In this document: piece after piece, positions 47,990 through 56,898 of the stretch
Layout of the letters: the number at the start of each line of letters is the position of its first letter
How positions within the stretch are numbered: position 1 is the first letter of the stretch
Virus record (IMG/VR): IMGVR_UViG_3300025687_000024
Location: 32,001-96,000 of that record
Direction: 5' to 3' (one strand)
DNA length: 64,000 nt
Source: a virus
Program-made: the position numbers and the translations under genes
The notes under the pieces: model-generated
What the model was told of the DNA's origin: nothing
Seen by the model: the letters and a program-made list of their open reading frames with translations, nothing else
Databases searched by the model: none

Positions 47990-48534
47990 TGAACGTGGTG
48001 CTCGCCCTGGCGTTCCAGCAGGAGCTGGAGAAGATCGCAGACGCGACGGCCGACTCGTGGTTCGGGCAGTACCGAAGCCACTGGCGGGGGGCGGCTGAAT
48101 CGTCGCGGCCCGGAGCCAAGCGCTTCAACAAGGCGCTGGACATGCTCTGGAGCGGCAAGGAAGTTCAGACGCCCGGCATCGGGGGGAAGCTCGGGAAGCT
48201 TCCCTTCATCGGAGGTCCGTCGACGGTCCGTGTGGGCGGCATCGGCGGGGGCATCCAAGCTGGCGGCGAGGGCGTAGGCCGCGCCTTGCGCACGCCTGCC
48301 AGGATGCTCGTGGGTGTTCCGGCCAAGGCCGTGTGGCAGGGCACGAAGGCGGTCACCAAGGGAGTCGCCCGTACCGCGGGGACGGTCATCCGCAAGCAGC
48401 CCCTCGGCGCCGCGATGACGGGCTACTTCGCCTACGCCGGAGCTGGGCACGGCGCCAGTGCGCTCCGACGAGGGACCGCACAAGCGAGAACGGCTACCAA
48501 GCGATACATGGGGCAAGTCAGGAGGCCGACGTGA
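47989..48534 (+). CDS. Leader-bearing cationic Gly-rich protein (putative head cargo)
   Basis: AFQQELEKIA leader, basic Gly/Ala-rich body. Confidence 0.65.
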   Translation: MNVVLALAFQQELEKIADATADSWFGQYRSHWRGAAESSRPGAKRFNKALDMLWSGKEVQTPGIGGKLGKLPFIGGPSTVRVGGIGGGIQAGGEGVGRALRTPARMLVGVPAKAVWQGTKAVTKGVARTAGTVIRKQPLGAAMTGYFAYAGAGHGASALRRGTAQARTATKRYMGQVRRPT

Positions 48535-49139
48535 GCCACATCTACGAAAGCGACCTGCAACGAGCCATGGCGGTGAGGTCCATCCTCTCCGCTCGCCCGC
48601 TGGAGAAGACCGCGGGGCCCTTCCGCCTCCCCAAGAGCCTGCTGCTCGGGTCTGGAAGTGGCGTCGGGGCCGCGGCTGGGCAAGCGGCCCAGGAGGGAGC
48701 CAAGCAGGGCAAGCGGAAGGCCAAGATGAGCGTGGGGCGCTGGGCACTCACCGTGCTCGGCCTGGCGGCGCTCGGTACCGGGCTCGGCGCTGGGCAGCAG
48801 CTGGCGGGGCACGGCGTGGGTCGGGTGATGGACAAGATGCGGAAGAACCGCATGGGGACGGACTACCAGGCCATGCTCAAGGCCGATCCGTCGCTGGACA
48901 ACACGCCCCACACCCAGGCCTACTTCCGCGTGCTCCATCGGGCCAGCCCCTACCTGGCAAGCGAGCCGGTCATCGCCGCGGCTACCGTGCGCTCCATGGT
49001 CGACTCCGCGGCCATCGACGAGCGGAAGGTGAAGAGCATCCTCGACACCGAGCGGGCCGCTCAGGAGACGCGCTACCCCTTCCTGCGCAAGGTGACGGAC
49101 AGCGGCAAGATGATCGCGATGCCGCCGTTCCCTGGCTGA
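48531..49139 (+). CDS. Putative head-cargo membrane protein (202 aa)
   Basis: AGGAGG RBS plus GTG. LEKTAG site followed by a TM-like WALTVLGLAALGTGLGAG. Confidence 0.6.
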   Translation: MSHIYESDLQRAMAVRSILSARPLEKTAGPFRLPKSLLLGSGSGVGAAAGQAAQEGAKQGKRKAKMSVGRWALTVLGLAALGTGLGAGQQLAGHGVGRVMDKMRKNRMGTDYQAMLKADPSLDNTPHTQAYFRVLHRASPYLASEPVIAAATVRSMVDSAAIDERKVKSILDTERAAQETRYPFLRKVTDSGKMIAMPPFPG

Positions 49140-49142
49140 GAC

Positions 49143-50828
49143 ATGTCCGACTTCCCAGGCATCCCCAAGACGCTTCCCGTCACCGTCGGCGGCTCCGATC
49201 CGCTGGGGCGGTGCTTCGCCGAGGCGGTCGACGTCACGCGCGCGGGCGGTGGGGGCCTGGAGAAGATCGCCGGCGTGCGCGAGCTGCATCCCGAGATCGA
49301 CGCCTACCTGAAGCAGCTGCGGCCGGATCCGGCCTACCAGTTCGTGCTCATGACCCCGCTGGGGGCCTACGAGTACTGGGGGATGAACGTCAACGGGGAC
49401 ATCTTCCCCGAGATCGCGCTGGCGCACGACCACCTCAAGCAGAACCCCCGAGACGTCATCAGGCGCCTCGAGGCACGCTGGGTGACCCCGCACGGGCGAC
49501 GCCTCCCCCCGGGCAACTACCACGAGTTCGGGCACAAGACGTTCCTGAACGCCAAGCGCTACCTGCACCACGTCAACAAGAACCCCGAGATCGCCTACGG
49601 GGACATCGTGGTGGCGGTCTACAACCCCGCGATGCACCGCGTGGAGGTCATCGTCCGGCACGACCGGGAGATGGCCAAGAAGGTGGGGGCGCAGGATGTC
49701 ATCGACGACATCGACGAGCGCAAGCCTCGCCAGATCTCGATGGGGTGCAAGGTTCCCTTCGACGTCTGCACCAAGTGCGGCTCCATCTCGAAGACCACGC
49801 GCGACTACTGCGAGTGCCTGCTCACGCAGCGGGCACAGATCCTGCCTGACGGGCGGATCGTCGGCATGGTCAACCTCTTCCCCCGCTTCTTCGACCTCTC
49901 GGACGTCTTCGTTCCGGCAGCGAAGGAGTCCGGGGTACTGCTCAAGGTGGCCTCGGCGGCAGGGACCCGCTTCTTCGTGCCGCACTCCTACTTCGAGCGC
50001 ATTGGTACGCGGCCGCCAGCGGACGCCATCGAGGTGACGCGCGAAGGCGTGCTGGTCAAGGTGGCGCACGACAAGCAGGCCGAAGCTGCCAAGAGCGCCG
50101 AAGTGACCAAGGAGATCCTCCCCAACGCTGGCCCGAATGTGGAGCGCCTGACTGCGCGCGAACCCGACATTCCAACCGGCCTGTTGGGGGGCGACTTCGA
50201 GCAGCTCGTCAACACGCTGGCGCTGCTGGGGATCGTGCTCAAGCCACACGAGTTCCAGCACGGAGCGCTCACAGGCGCGGGCCTGGGTGACCTGGCGTCC
50301 CAGCTGAGCGCGAAGCGCCAGGTGTTCACGCCGGCTACCTCCGAGAGTGCGCTTCGCCTGAGCTGCGAGAGCTACAGTCCGAACCTCGCGCGCCTGTTGG
50401 CGTCCTTGCTGGCGTCCCGGTCTGCCTTCCATCCGCACCTTCCCGCGCGCTCGTTGCAGCTCGTCGTGGTGAAGTCTCCCAAGCTCCCGCCCAAGCGAGA
50501 GCAGGTCGAGAACACGCCACCTCTGCAGAAGGTTGCGGAGGCCTACGACGCCTACAGGAAGGCACTTGTCTACCTTCCAGGCCTGCTACCGCAGGCTATC
50601 GACAACGACCCGGCCTTCTACCGGGAGCACTATCTGGGAGAACTCTTCGAGAACTCCTGGGAGAAGCTCGCGTCGGGGAGTACCGAGAAGGGGTTGTCTC
50701 CGCCCCCCGTATCGGTATACCTTACGGCTGCGCACCGTGATCGCGGTGGTGTTCCTTCTTCGTGGGATCGGGTACTACCTCCACACACAGCCGCACGGGC
50801 ACTGCTCGGAATCGAGGATCTCTCATGA
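49143..50828 (+). CDS. Prohead maturation protease (HK97/assemblin-like) with Zn-binding insert
   Basis: NVNGDIFP, YLHHVNK (His), ISMGC (Ser), CTKC...CEC, FFDLSDVFVPA. Upstream of scaffold and capsid genes. Confidence 0.7.
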   Translation: MSDFPGIPKTLPVTVGGSDPLGRCFAEAVDVTRAGGGGLEKIAGVRELHPEIDAYLKQLRPDPAYQFVLMTPLGAYEYWGMNVNGDIFPEIALAHDHLKQNPRDVIRRLEARWVTPHGRRLPPGNYHEFGHKTFLNAKRYLHHVNKNPEIAYGDIVVAVYNPAMHRVEVIVRHDREMAKKVGAQDVIDDIDERKPRQISMGCKVPFDVCTKCGSISKTTRDYCECLLTQRAQILPDGRIVGMVNLFPRFFDLSDVFVPAAKESGVLLKVASAAGTRFFVPHSYFERIGTRPPADAIEVTREGVLVKVAHDKQAEAAKSAEVTKEILPNAGPNVERLTAREPDIPTGLLGGDFEQLVNTLALLGIVLKPHEFQHGALTGAGLGDLASQLSAKRQVFTPATSESALRLSCESYSPNLARLLASLLASRSAFHPHLPARSLQLVVVKSPKLPPKREQVENTPPLQKVAEAYDAYRKALVYLPGLLPQAIDNDPAFYREHYLGELFENSWEKLASGSTEKGLSPPPVSVYLTAAHRDRGGVPSSWDRVLPPHTAARALLGIEDLS

Positions 50829-51256
50829 GCGACATGGCCTCCCTCCTGGACTCCATCTACAACTCCGACCAGCGGGTGAGCCCCCTCGAGAAGACCGCCG
50901 AGGCGGCCATGCTCGAGCAGCTGGGGCAGTCCGGACAGACCGCCGGCGCGCTGCGCGACATGAGCACCGCCGAGCTCATCGCCCTGGCCACGCAGCTCGA
51001 GGCCGACGAGGGCACCGAGAAGACGGCCTCCGCCCAGCCGGCCGCGGCGGAGCCCGAGGACACCTCCGAGCTCGAGAAGGTGGCCTACGACACCTTCGGC
51101 GGGCAGCTGATGGCCCACGCCTTCACCCACGAGCTGGGGCTCATGAAGGTCGCCATGATCAACGGCAAGTGCCGCGTGTGCAAGGAGAACGCCATGGACA
51201 TCCAGGGCAGCTCCATCTGCAGCGCCTGCCACGCCGAGGCAGACAGCGCCGAATAG
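50825..51256 (+). CDS. Acidic head protein with K-x-A sites and C-terminal CxxC-CxxC
   Basis: LEKTAE, EKTAS, EKVAY, GQLMAHAFTHELGLMKVA. Confidence 0.6.
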   Translation: MSDMASLLDSIYNSDQRVSPLEKTAEAAMLEQLGQSGQTAGALRDMSTAELIALATQLEADEGTEKTASAQPAAAEPEDTSELEKVAYDTFGGQLMAHAFTHELGLMKVAMINGKCRVCKENAMDIQGSSICSACHAEADSAE

Positions 51257-51260
51257 CGCT

Positions 51261-51560
51261 ATGCTGGAATCCTTCGCCACGGAGCTCGAGAAGTTGGCCA
51301 ACACCGCCACCAAGAACGTCCCTCAAGTCGGCCTGGGCATGACCCTGCCGTCTGGGAACAGCGGTGCTGGTGTGCGAACTTCGTCGGCGCGCGGCCTGGG
51401 AATCAAGCACCAGCCTCCGATGCCTCGACCGCCGCGGGGAATGAGCAGCAAGGCGGTCAAGACCCCCAGCACGGGACGGCTTGGCACCAAGATCGACCCC
51501 GCTCGCGGGATCAAGACTGTACCAACCCCGCTCCGAGGTGATACCTTGGTGCGTGCGTGA
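51261..51560 (+). CDS. Leader-bearing basic protein (putative head cargo)
   Basis: SFATELEKLA leader, basic Pro-rich body. Confidence 0.6.
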   Translation: MLESFATELEKLANTATKNVPQVGLGMTLPSGNSGAGVRTSSARGLGIKHQPPMPRPPRGMSSKAVKTPSTGRLGTKIDPARGIKTVPTPLRGDTLVRA

Positions 51561-51576
51561 CCTACGAGGACCACCC

Positions 51577-52266
51577 ATGCTCTCTCTGAACGACATGATC
51601 CGTCAGGCCATCGGGGACGCGGAAGAGGCCGAGCAGTCGGCCCCGACCACTCCCGAGGTGCAGGCGGCTCCCCCCGCCTCTTCCGGTGCGAGCATCGACC
51701 ACGGTGAGCTGAGCAAGCTCGCCAGCGCGCTGGAGTTCGTCGGTACCCGCGGTGTCGAGTCCCTGCTGGTGCTCGAGAAGGACGCCAGCGCCGCCGCGCC
51801 GCCCGCGGGCACCAACGCCGGGCAGACGCACGGCGAGAAGAAGCAGTCCCAGGTGCAGCCGCACAAGGGCGCTCCTCCCATGAAGCCCAAGGCCACGGGT
51901 GCTCCCGACGACAACGAGCACCAGCGCCCGGGCGGCAACGCCCCCTCGCCCGACACCTCGAGCACCCAGAAGGGCGCCAGCCACCCCGGCCTCAAGAGCA
52001 ACGAAGCCGCCATCGGCGTCACCAAGGCCGACAAGGCCAAGCTCGTCGCCCCCGCGCTCTCCAAGCTGCTCTCCGCCACCCCCTTCGCGGACCCCAAGGT
52101 GAAGGAGAACCTGCGCAACGCGGGCAAGGCCGGCGAGCGCAACATCAACGCGGGCAAGGCCAAGACCGCCTCGGGCGAGGCCGCTCCCCAGCTCCCCCCG
52201 GGGGTCAACCTCGAGCAGGTGCGCGAAGAGCTCGCGCGCCGCGTCAACGACGGAGGGCAGGCCTGA
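51577..52266 (+). CDS. Scaffold/core-like protein
   Basis: Low complexity. SKLAS, EKDAS, AKTAS. GAGG RBS. Confidence 0.55.
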   Translation: MLSLNDMIRQAIGDAEEAEQSAPTTPEVQAAPPASSGASIDHGELSKLASALEFVGTRGVESLLVLEKDASAAAPPAGTNAGQTHGEKKQSQVQPHKGAPPMKPKATGAPDDNEHQRPGGNAPSPDTSSTQKGASHPGLKSNEAAIGVTKADKAKLVAPALSKLLSATPFADPKVKENLRNAGKAGERNINAGKAKTASGEAAPQLPPGVNLEQVREELARRVNDGGQA

Positions 52267-52652
52267 TGCTCACCAAGATCGGATCCGCCGAGCTCAACGG
52301 GCTCCTCATCAAGTCCGCCGCCGCCATCCGCGACCTCTCCGCCGAGAACGAGCAGCTGCGTGCTCAGCTCGCCAAGAAGGACCGGCGCGAGCACGCCGTC
52401 AAGATCGCCAGCGTGGCGGTCGAGCGCGGCATCGTGGCCGAGGACGCGCAGGCCGAGTACGCGCAGACCCTCGCTTCCGGCTCCCGGAACCTCGATGACG
52501 TCGAGGAACTGGTCAGCCACGCCGCCGCTGGACTCCCCCTGGGCGAACTCACCAAGGAGGCTGCCGACGGCGACGGCGCTTCCGGAGTCGTCCCGGGCGC
52601 CGCCGAGCAGAAGTTCGCCTCCTTCCTCACGAACAGTGGCATCGTCCACTAG
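52266..52652 (+). CDS. Capsid scaffolding-like coiled-coil protein
   Basis: Coiled coil, VKIAS, C-terminal amphipathic AEQKFASFL. Lies upstream of the capsid genes. Confidence 0.55.
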   Translation: MLTKIGSAELNGLLIKSAAAIRDLSAENEQLRAQLAKKDRREHAVKIASVAVERGIVAEDAQAEYAQTLASGSRNLDDVEELVSHAAAGLPLGELTKEAADGDGASGVVPGAAEQKFASFLTNSGIVH

Positions 52653-52679
52653 ACCGCTTTCCCTCCGCAGGAGCATCCC

Positions 52680-53150
52680 ATGCTGAACCTCATCAGCTCC
52701 GTGAGCGACAACTTCCGTCGCGACATCCCCGTGGCGGACGAGACCTACCTCAACCCGACCGAGGCCGAGGCCTACGACCAGGGCGAGTGGCTCGTGCGCG
52801 ATTCCTCCGGCAACCTCGAGCGCGTGGGCGCGGACTCGGTGTCCGACGCCATGCAGATCTGGACCCAGAAGGGCGACACCGCCGCCCAGGCCATCTCCAA
52901 GATCGCCGTGATCCAGCTGCACGAGTACGAGGCCGAGACCGACATGTTCGAGGACGGCGGCGCCGGCTTCGCCCCCGGCACCAAGCTCACCGTGAAGACC
53001 CTCTCCGACGTCGATGGCGAGGACTTCCGCACCGGTCTCACCCAGGCCGCCGCGGGTGAGTACGTCTACGGCGTGGTCATCACCGACCCCGACGACAACG
53101 GCGGGCTGATCAAGTACCGTCGCTCCCCCGCCTACCTCTGGGTCAGCTGA
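52680..53150 (+). CDS. Capsid decoration/cement protein
   Basis: Small acidic beta protein directly upstream of the major capsid gene. Confidence 0.55.
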   Translation: MLNLISSVSDNFRRDIPVADETYLNPTEAEAYDQGEWLVRDSSGNLERVGADSVSDAMQIWTQKGDTAAQAISKIAVIQLHEYEAETDMFEDGGAGFAPGTKLTVKTLSDVDGEDFRTGLTQAAAGEYVYGVVITDPDDNGGLIKYRRSPAYLWVS

Positions 53151-53170
53151 CGGGTAGCTCCCCGTCAGCT
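53145..53170 (+). other. 10-bp RNA hairpin upstream of the major capsid gene
   Basis: AGCTGACGGG-TAGCTC-CCCGTCAGCT. Confidence 0.45.
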
Positions 53171-53225
53171 TGACCTCCACCCTGCTCTCTCCACCTTCCG
53201 GAGAACCTCCCACCAGGAGACCAAC

Positions 53226-54254
53226 ATGAGCACCGACGCTGCCACCCTGAACCAGCTCTTCCTGGCCCATCTGGAGCACCCCGAGGGCAAGGAGAAGCTC
53301 GCGGCCGTGGGCCGTACCTACGTGCGTGACAAGCTGCGCGAGAACAGCTTCGCCCGCAAGATCCTCCCGCCCCAGATGGTCACCAAGGCCGACATGCAGG
53401 TGTCCGTGAACCACGACACCCTCGTCTACATCGACGAGATCGAGCCCAACTCCAGGGCCATGTCGCTGACCTTCCGCGGCCAGCCCACCGCGCGCTACAT
53501 CCGCGCCTCCCGCTACGAGATCCCCATCTTCACCATCTCGAGCGAGCGCTTCGAGAAGACGGAGCAGGAGCTCCTCGCCTACCGGATGCCCATCACCCGG
53601 GTGATCGAGGACAACTCGGTCAAGGACATCCAGGAGATCGAGGACTACCGCTTCCTGGTCTACGTCGATGCGGCCATCTCCAACACCGAGCAGATCGTCA
53701 AGGGCACCCAGGCCCAGGACGATATCGAGGCCAACGGGCTGAACTCCGGCTTCCGCGGCACCCTCGAGCGCGCCGACCTGGTCCTGCTGTTCAAGGAGCT
53801 CGACTCCCGTCGTCGCCGCCTGGCCACGGTGCTGATGAACGAGGAGAACTGGGACGATGTCCTGAACTGGACCATCGAGGACTTCGGCGACAAGCAGGCC
53901 TCGGTGACCGTCGACGGCTACACCTACGACCGCCTGATGGGTCGGAAGATCATCCGTACCATCAAGACGGACATCCTCCAGACCGGCAACATCTACGGCT
54001 TCTGCGCGCCCGAGTGGCTCGGCAAGTTCCTCATCCTGAACGCCACCAAGTTCTACATCGACAAGGTGTACAACCTGGTCATGTGGCAGGCCTGGGAGGA
54101 CATCGGCATGGGCATCGGCAACATCGCCAGCATGGCCAAGCTCGAGCTCTACAACGACACCACCGACGTCCTGATCTCCGAGGATGAGGTCGGCACCACG
54201 GTCTACAACGAGGCCGACGATGGTCTGACCTTCCCGCAGGTCAGCCACTACTAG
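53226..54254 (+). CDS. Major capsid protein (HK97 fold)
   Basis: 342 aa with very strong codon bias. RDKLRENSFARKILPP, IQEIED..F, WEDIGMGIGN. Order protease-scaffold-decoration-MCP. Confidence 0.75.
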   Translation: MSTDAATLNQLFLAHLEHPEGKEKLAAVGRTYVRDKLRENSFARKILPPQMVTKADMQVSVNHDTLVYIDEIEPNSRAMSLTFRGQPTARYIRASRYEIPIFTISSERFEKTEQELLAYRMPITRVIEDNSVKDIQEIEDYRFLVYVDAAISNTEQIVKGTQAQDDIEANGLNSGFRGTLERADLVLLFKELDSRRRRLATVLMNEENWDDVLNWTIEDFGDKQASVTVDGYTYDRLMGRKIIRTIKTDILQTGNIYGFCAPEWLGKFLILNATKFYIDKVYNLVMWQAWEDIGMGIGNIASMAKLELYNDTTDVLISEDEVGTTVYNEADDGLTFPQVSHY

Positions 54255-54274
54255 GCCCGGACGGAGGCTGAGCG

Positions 54275-54772
54275 ATGCCTGTGATGGTGACCATCAGGAA
54301 CCGGCGCCCGCGCAAGACCGTCAAGGTCTGCGGGCGCTACCTCGCCTGTACCCGCGTCCAGAAGGCCGCGGGGAAGGGCGGTACCCTGGACATCACCGAG
54401 GAGCAGCTCGCCTCCAGCACCGTGCAACGCCTGCTCGCGCTGAAGCGCATCGAGATCGTCGGGCGGTCCGGGACGGCGGTGACGCCGCCTCGCGACGAGC
54501 CCCCAGCTCCTGCAGCAGCGTCGGAGGAGCCGACGCCCGTCGAAGAGGAGCCCGCCCCCGAGCCGCCTGTCGATCCCGAGCCGGAGCCCGAGCCGGAGCC
54601 TGCACCTGCGCCAGAACCCTCTCCCCCGCCCAAGCAGTGGACGCGGGATGAGCTCGAGGGCAAGACCCTCCCCGAGCTTCGCCCGCTCTACACGCGCCTG
54701 ACCGACGCCAGCCCGAGCGGTCTCCGCAAGGCTGACATCATCGACGGCATCATCGGCGCCCAGGAGGCCTGA
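54275..54772 (+). CDS. Protein with PE-rich linker and C-terminal HeH/Rho-N domain
   Basis: ELEGKTLPELR...SGLRKADIIDGI. Confidence 0.6.
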   Translation: MPVMVTIRNRRPRKTVKVCGRYLACTRVQKAAGKGGTLDITEEQLASSTVQRLLALKRIEIVGRSGTAVTPPRDEPPAPAAASEEPTPVEEEPAPEPPVDPEPEPEPEPAPAPEPSPPPKQWTRDELEGKTLPELRPLYTRLTDASPSGLRKADIIDGIIGAQEA

Positions 54773-54972
54773 TGTCCAAGCTCTCGTCTCCTCTGCGCAC
54801 CAAGCGGCCCGACTCCGTCTCGGTGTGCGGCAAGCTGCTGCGCAAGGGGCAGTCCACCACCGTGGATGAGTCCGCTGTCGGCCCCTCCGAGCGTCGGAAG
54901 GAAGCCAACGGCCTCATCAAGATCCGCAGGGCACGCGAGCGTGGCAAGCTCAAGGTGACCTGCGTCAAGTGA
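54772..54972 (+). CDS. Small basic hypothetical protein
   Basis: TGATG coupling. Shares V.VCG with the upstream gene. Confidence 0.5.
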   Translation: MSKLSSPLRTKRPDSVSVCGKLLRKGQSTTVDESAVGPSERRKEANGLIKIRRARERGKLKVTCVK

Positions 54973-54976
54973 GCCT

Positions 54977-55441
54977 GTGGCAACTCCTATCTCCGAGGAC
55001 CAGTTCATCTCCGAAGTCCGCGGCTTCATGCGGGACCACCCGGACCTGAACCAGCTGATCTACGGCGAGGAGAGTACCAACAGGCAGATTCGCTTCGCCG
55101 CCTGGCTGGCCATCGACGAGTGGAACGTGCGGCCTCCGGTCAGCTCGGCCACCTTCGCGACGTTCCCGTCGCGGTTCATCCTTCTCTTTCTCACCATCAT
55201 CCACCTCCTCACGTCCGTCGGGCTGCTGAAGGCCAGGAACTCCATCACCTACAACGATGGCGGCTTCTCGGTGCAGGACAACGAGGCCCAGGAACGTCTC
55301 TACAAGCAGTGGATTCAGGTCCTGCGCGCTCAAGTCGACCCTGTGATGCGGGACCTCAAGATCTCGCTGAACATTGCAGGCGGTTGGGGAGCCGGAGTGG
55401 GCTCTACCTACGGGCAACTCCACGGGTGGTATGGTAGTTGA
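54977..55441 (+). CDS. Head-tail adaptor / neck protein
   Basis: Helical 154-aa protein after the capsid genes, with YNDGGFSV and KISLNI motifs. Confidence 0.55.
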   Translation: MATPISEDQFISEVRGFMRDHPDLNQLIYGEESTNRQIRFAAWLAIDEWNVRPPVSSATFATFPSRFILLFLTIIHLLTSVGLLKARNSITYNDGGFSVQDNEAQERLYKQWIQVLRAQVDPVMRDLKISLNIAGGWGAGVGSTYGQLHGWYGS

Positions 55442-55466
55442 CTCGTCTTCCTTTTCCCCATACGCT
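55438..55466 (+). promoter_or_regulatory. sigma70-like promoter
   Basis: TTGACT-N17-TACGCT upstream of 55503. Confidence 0.5.
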
Positions 55467-55502
55467 GCAAGCGTGCCGACCAATCCTCCCCCGGAGTTCC
55501 TC

Positions 55503-56435
55503 ATGGCCATCCACGACGTCCTCGCCCGCATCTACGGCCTCGACAAGACCGCCTCCGAGCAGGAGACGGAGCTCGACCTCGACAACATGAGCGCCGTCGA
55601 CTTCCTCGCCGGCATCGAGAGCGGCGAGATCGTCTACGTCGACGGTGACGAGCCCGAGGCCGAGAAGACCGCCGGCGACGAGGGAGAGCTCGACCTCGAC
55701 AACATGAGCGCGACCCAGCTCCTGCAGGGGCTCGAGAGCGGCGAGATCGTGTTCGACGACGGCAGCGATCCCGAGGCCGAGAAGACCGCGGGCTTCGACC
55801 TCGACAGCCTCACCCAGGAGCAGCTCGAGAGCATGTCGGCCGAGGAGCTCATCGAGCTGGCCAACTCGCTCGACGAGGATCCCGGGGAGCAGGAGAAGGT
55901 CGCCGCCGAGCAGCAGTACTGGCTCGACGCCGGGGCCCTGATGGCGCGCGGCTACGCCTCCGAGCTGGAGAAGCTGTCCTCCGAGCAGATGCCCGACGAG
56001 CTCGAGATCGACATGAGCAAGATCACCGGCGCCGATCTCGTGGAGCTCATGGAGCACTACGAGTTCGTCGAGGACGACGAGCCCCAGGTGGAGAAGACCG
56101 CCGGCGGGCTGGGCAGCCTCCTGAAGTTCAAGGGCGCCCGGAAGGCCTTCAAGGGCTCCCGGAAGGCCGGCGAGACGGCCGAGGAGGCCCTGAAGGCGCG
56201 CAAGAGCGCCGCCAAGGACGCCGCCAAGGCGGCGGGCAAGGGCGACGACAAGGCCGTCGTCGATGCCTTCAAGCGCGGCCGCGACGCCCACAAGGCCGGC
56301 AAGGCCGCCAAGAAGGAAGCCCGCAAGCTGCGCCGCAAGGGCTACAAGAAGGCCGGGCAGAGCGCCGCGGTCTACGGCGGTGGCCTGGCCGCCGCTGGCG
56401 GACTCGCCGCGGGCACCAAGGCCGCGCTGGACTAG
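55503..56435 (+). CDS. Bipartite acidic-repeat / cationic protein (putative processed head protein)
   Basis: Start MAIHDVL with GGAG RBS. Acidic repeats ending in EKTA/EKVA, Lys/Ala-rich C-terminus with Gly-zipper. Confidence 0.65.
   Translation: MAIHDVLARIYGLDKTASEQETELDLDNMSAVDFLAGIESGEIVYVDGDEPEAEKTAGDEGELDLDNMSATQLLQGLESGEIVFDDGSDPEAEKTAGFDLDSLTQEQLESMSAEELIELANSLDEDPGEQEKVAAEQQYWLDAGALMARGYASELEKLSSEQMPDELEIDMSKITGADLVELMEHYEFVEDDEPQVEKTAGGLGSLLKFKGARKAFKGSRKAGETAEEALKARKSAAKDAAKAAGKGDDKAVVDAFKRGRDAHKAGKAAKKEARKLRRKGYKKAGQSAAVYGGGLAAAGGLAAGTKAALD
55569..55802 (+). repeat. 117-nt (39-aa) tandem direct repeat
   Basis: GAGCTCGACCTCGACAACATGAGCGC at 55569 and 55686. CCCGAGGCCGAGAAGACCGC occurs in both units. 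Confidence 0.8.
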
Positions 56436-56505
56436 GCCCCTACCCCTACCCCCCACGACTGGGTGCCTGCGTCAAGGGCACCATGCCCCAAGCAGGAGGC
56501 ACCCC

Positions 56506-56889
56506 ATGAACGAACTGCTCGCAGGCATCTACGGCACCGGCGACATGGAGAAGGTCGCCTCCCCCGTGGACCCGACCCGCCAGATGACCCTCGACGACCT
56601 GGCCACCGTCATCGTCGTCGACAGTCTCGGTGACGGCGCGGACATGGAGAAGGTCGCCGAGGCGCACCAGGAGGTCTTCGCCGACCTGGTGTCCTTCGAT
56701 CGCGCCGGACGCGCCATGGCCCACCACGAGTTCACCGAGATGGAGAAGATGGCGGCCGCGGGTGACACGGAGGCCCTCGAGGCCTTCTTCGCCGATGTCG
56801 AGTTCGACGACGGCGGTGAGCCCGACCCCCGTCACGCCGCGCGCGAAGCCATCGCCGCGGAGCTGCAGCGCCGCGCCGGCCTGCAGTAG
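56506..56889 (+). CDS. Acidic head protein with EKVA/EKMA sites
   Basis: AGGAGG RBS. DMEKVA twice and GRAMAHHEFTEMEKMA. Confidence 0.65.
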   Translation: MNELLAGIYGTGDMEKVASPVDPTRQMTLDDLATVIVVDSLGDGADMEKVAEAHQEVFADLVSFDRAGRAMAHHEFTEMEKMAAAGDTEALEAFFADVEFDDGGEPDPRHAAREAIAAELQRRAGLQ

Positions 56890-56898
56890 GAGGGCGGC

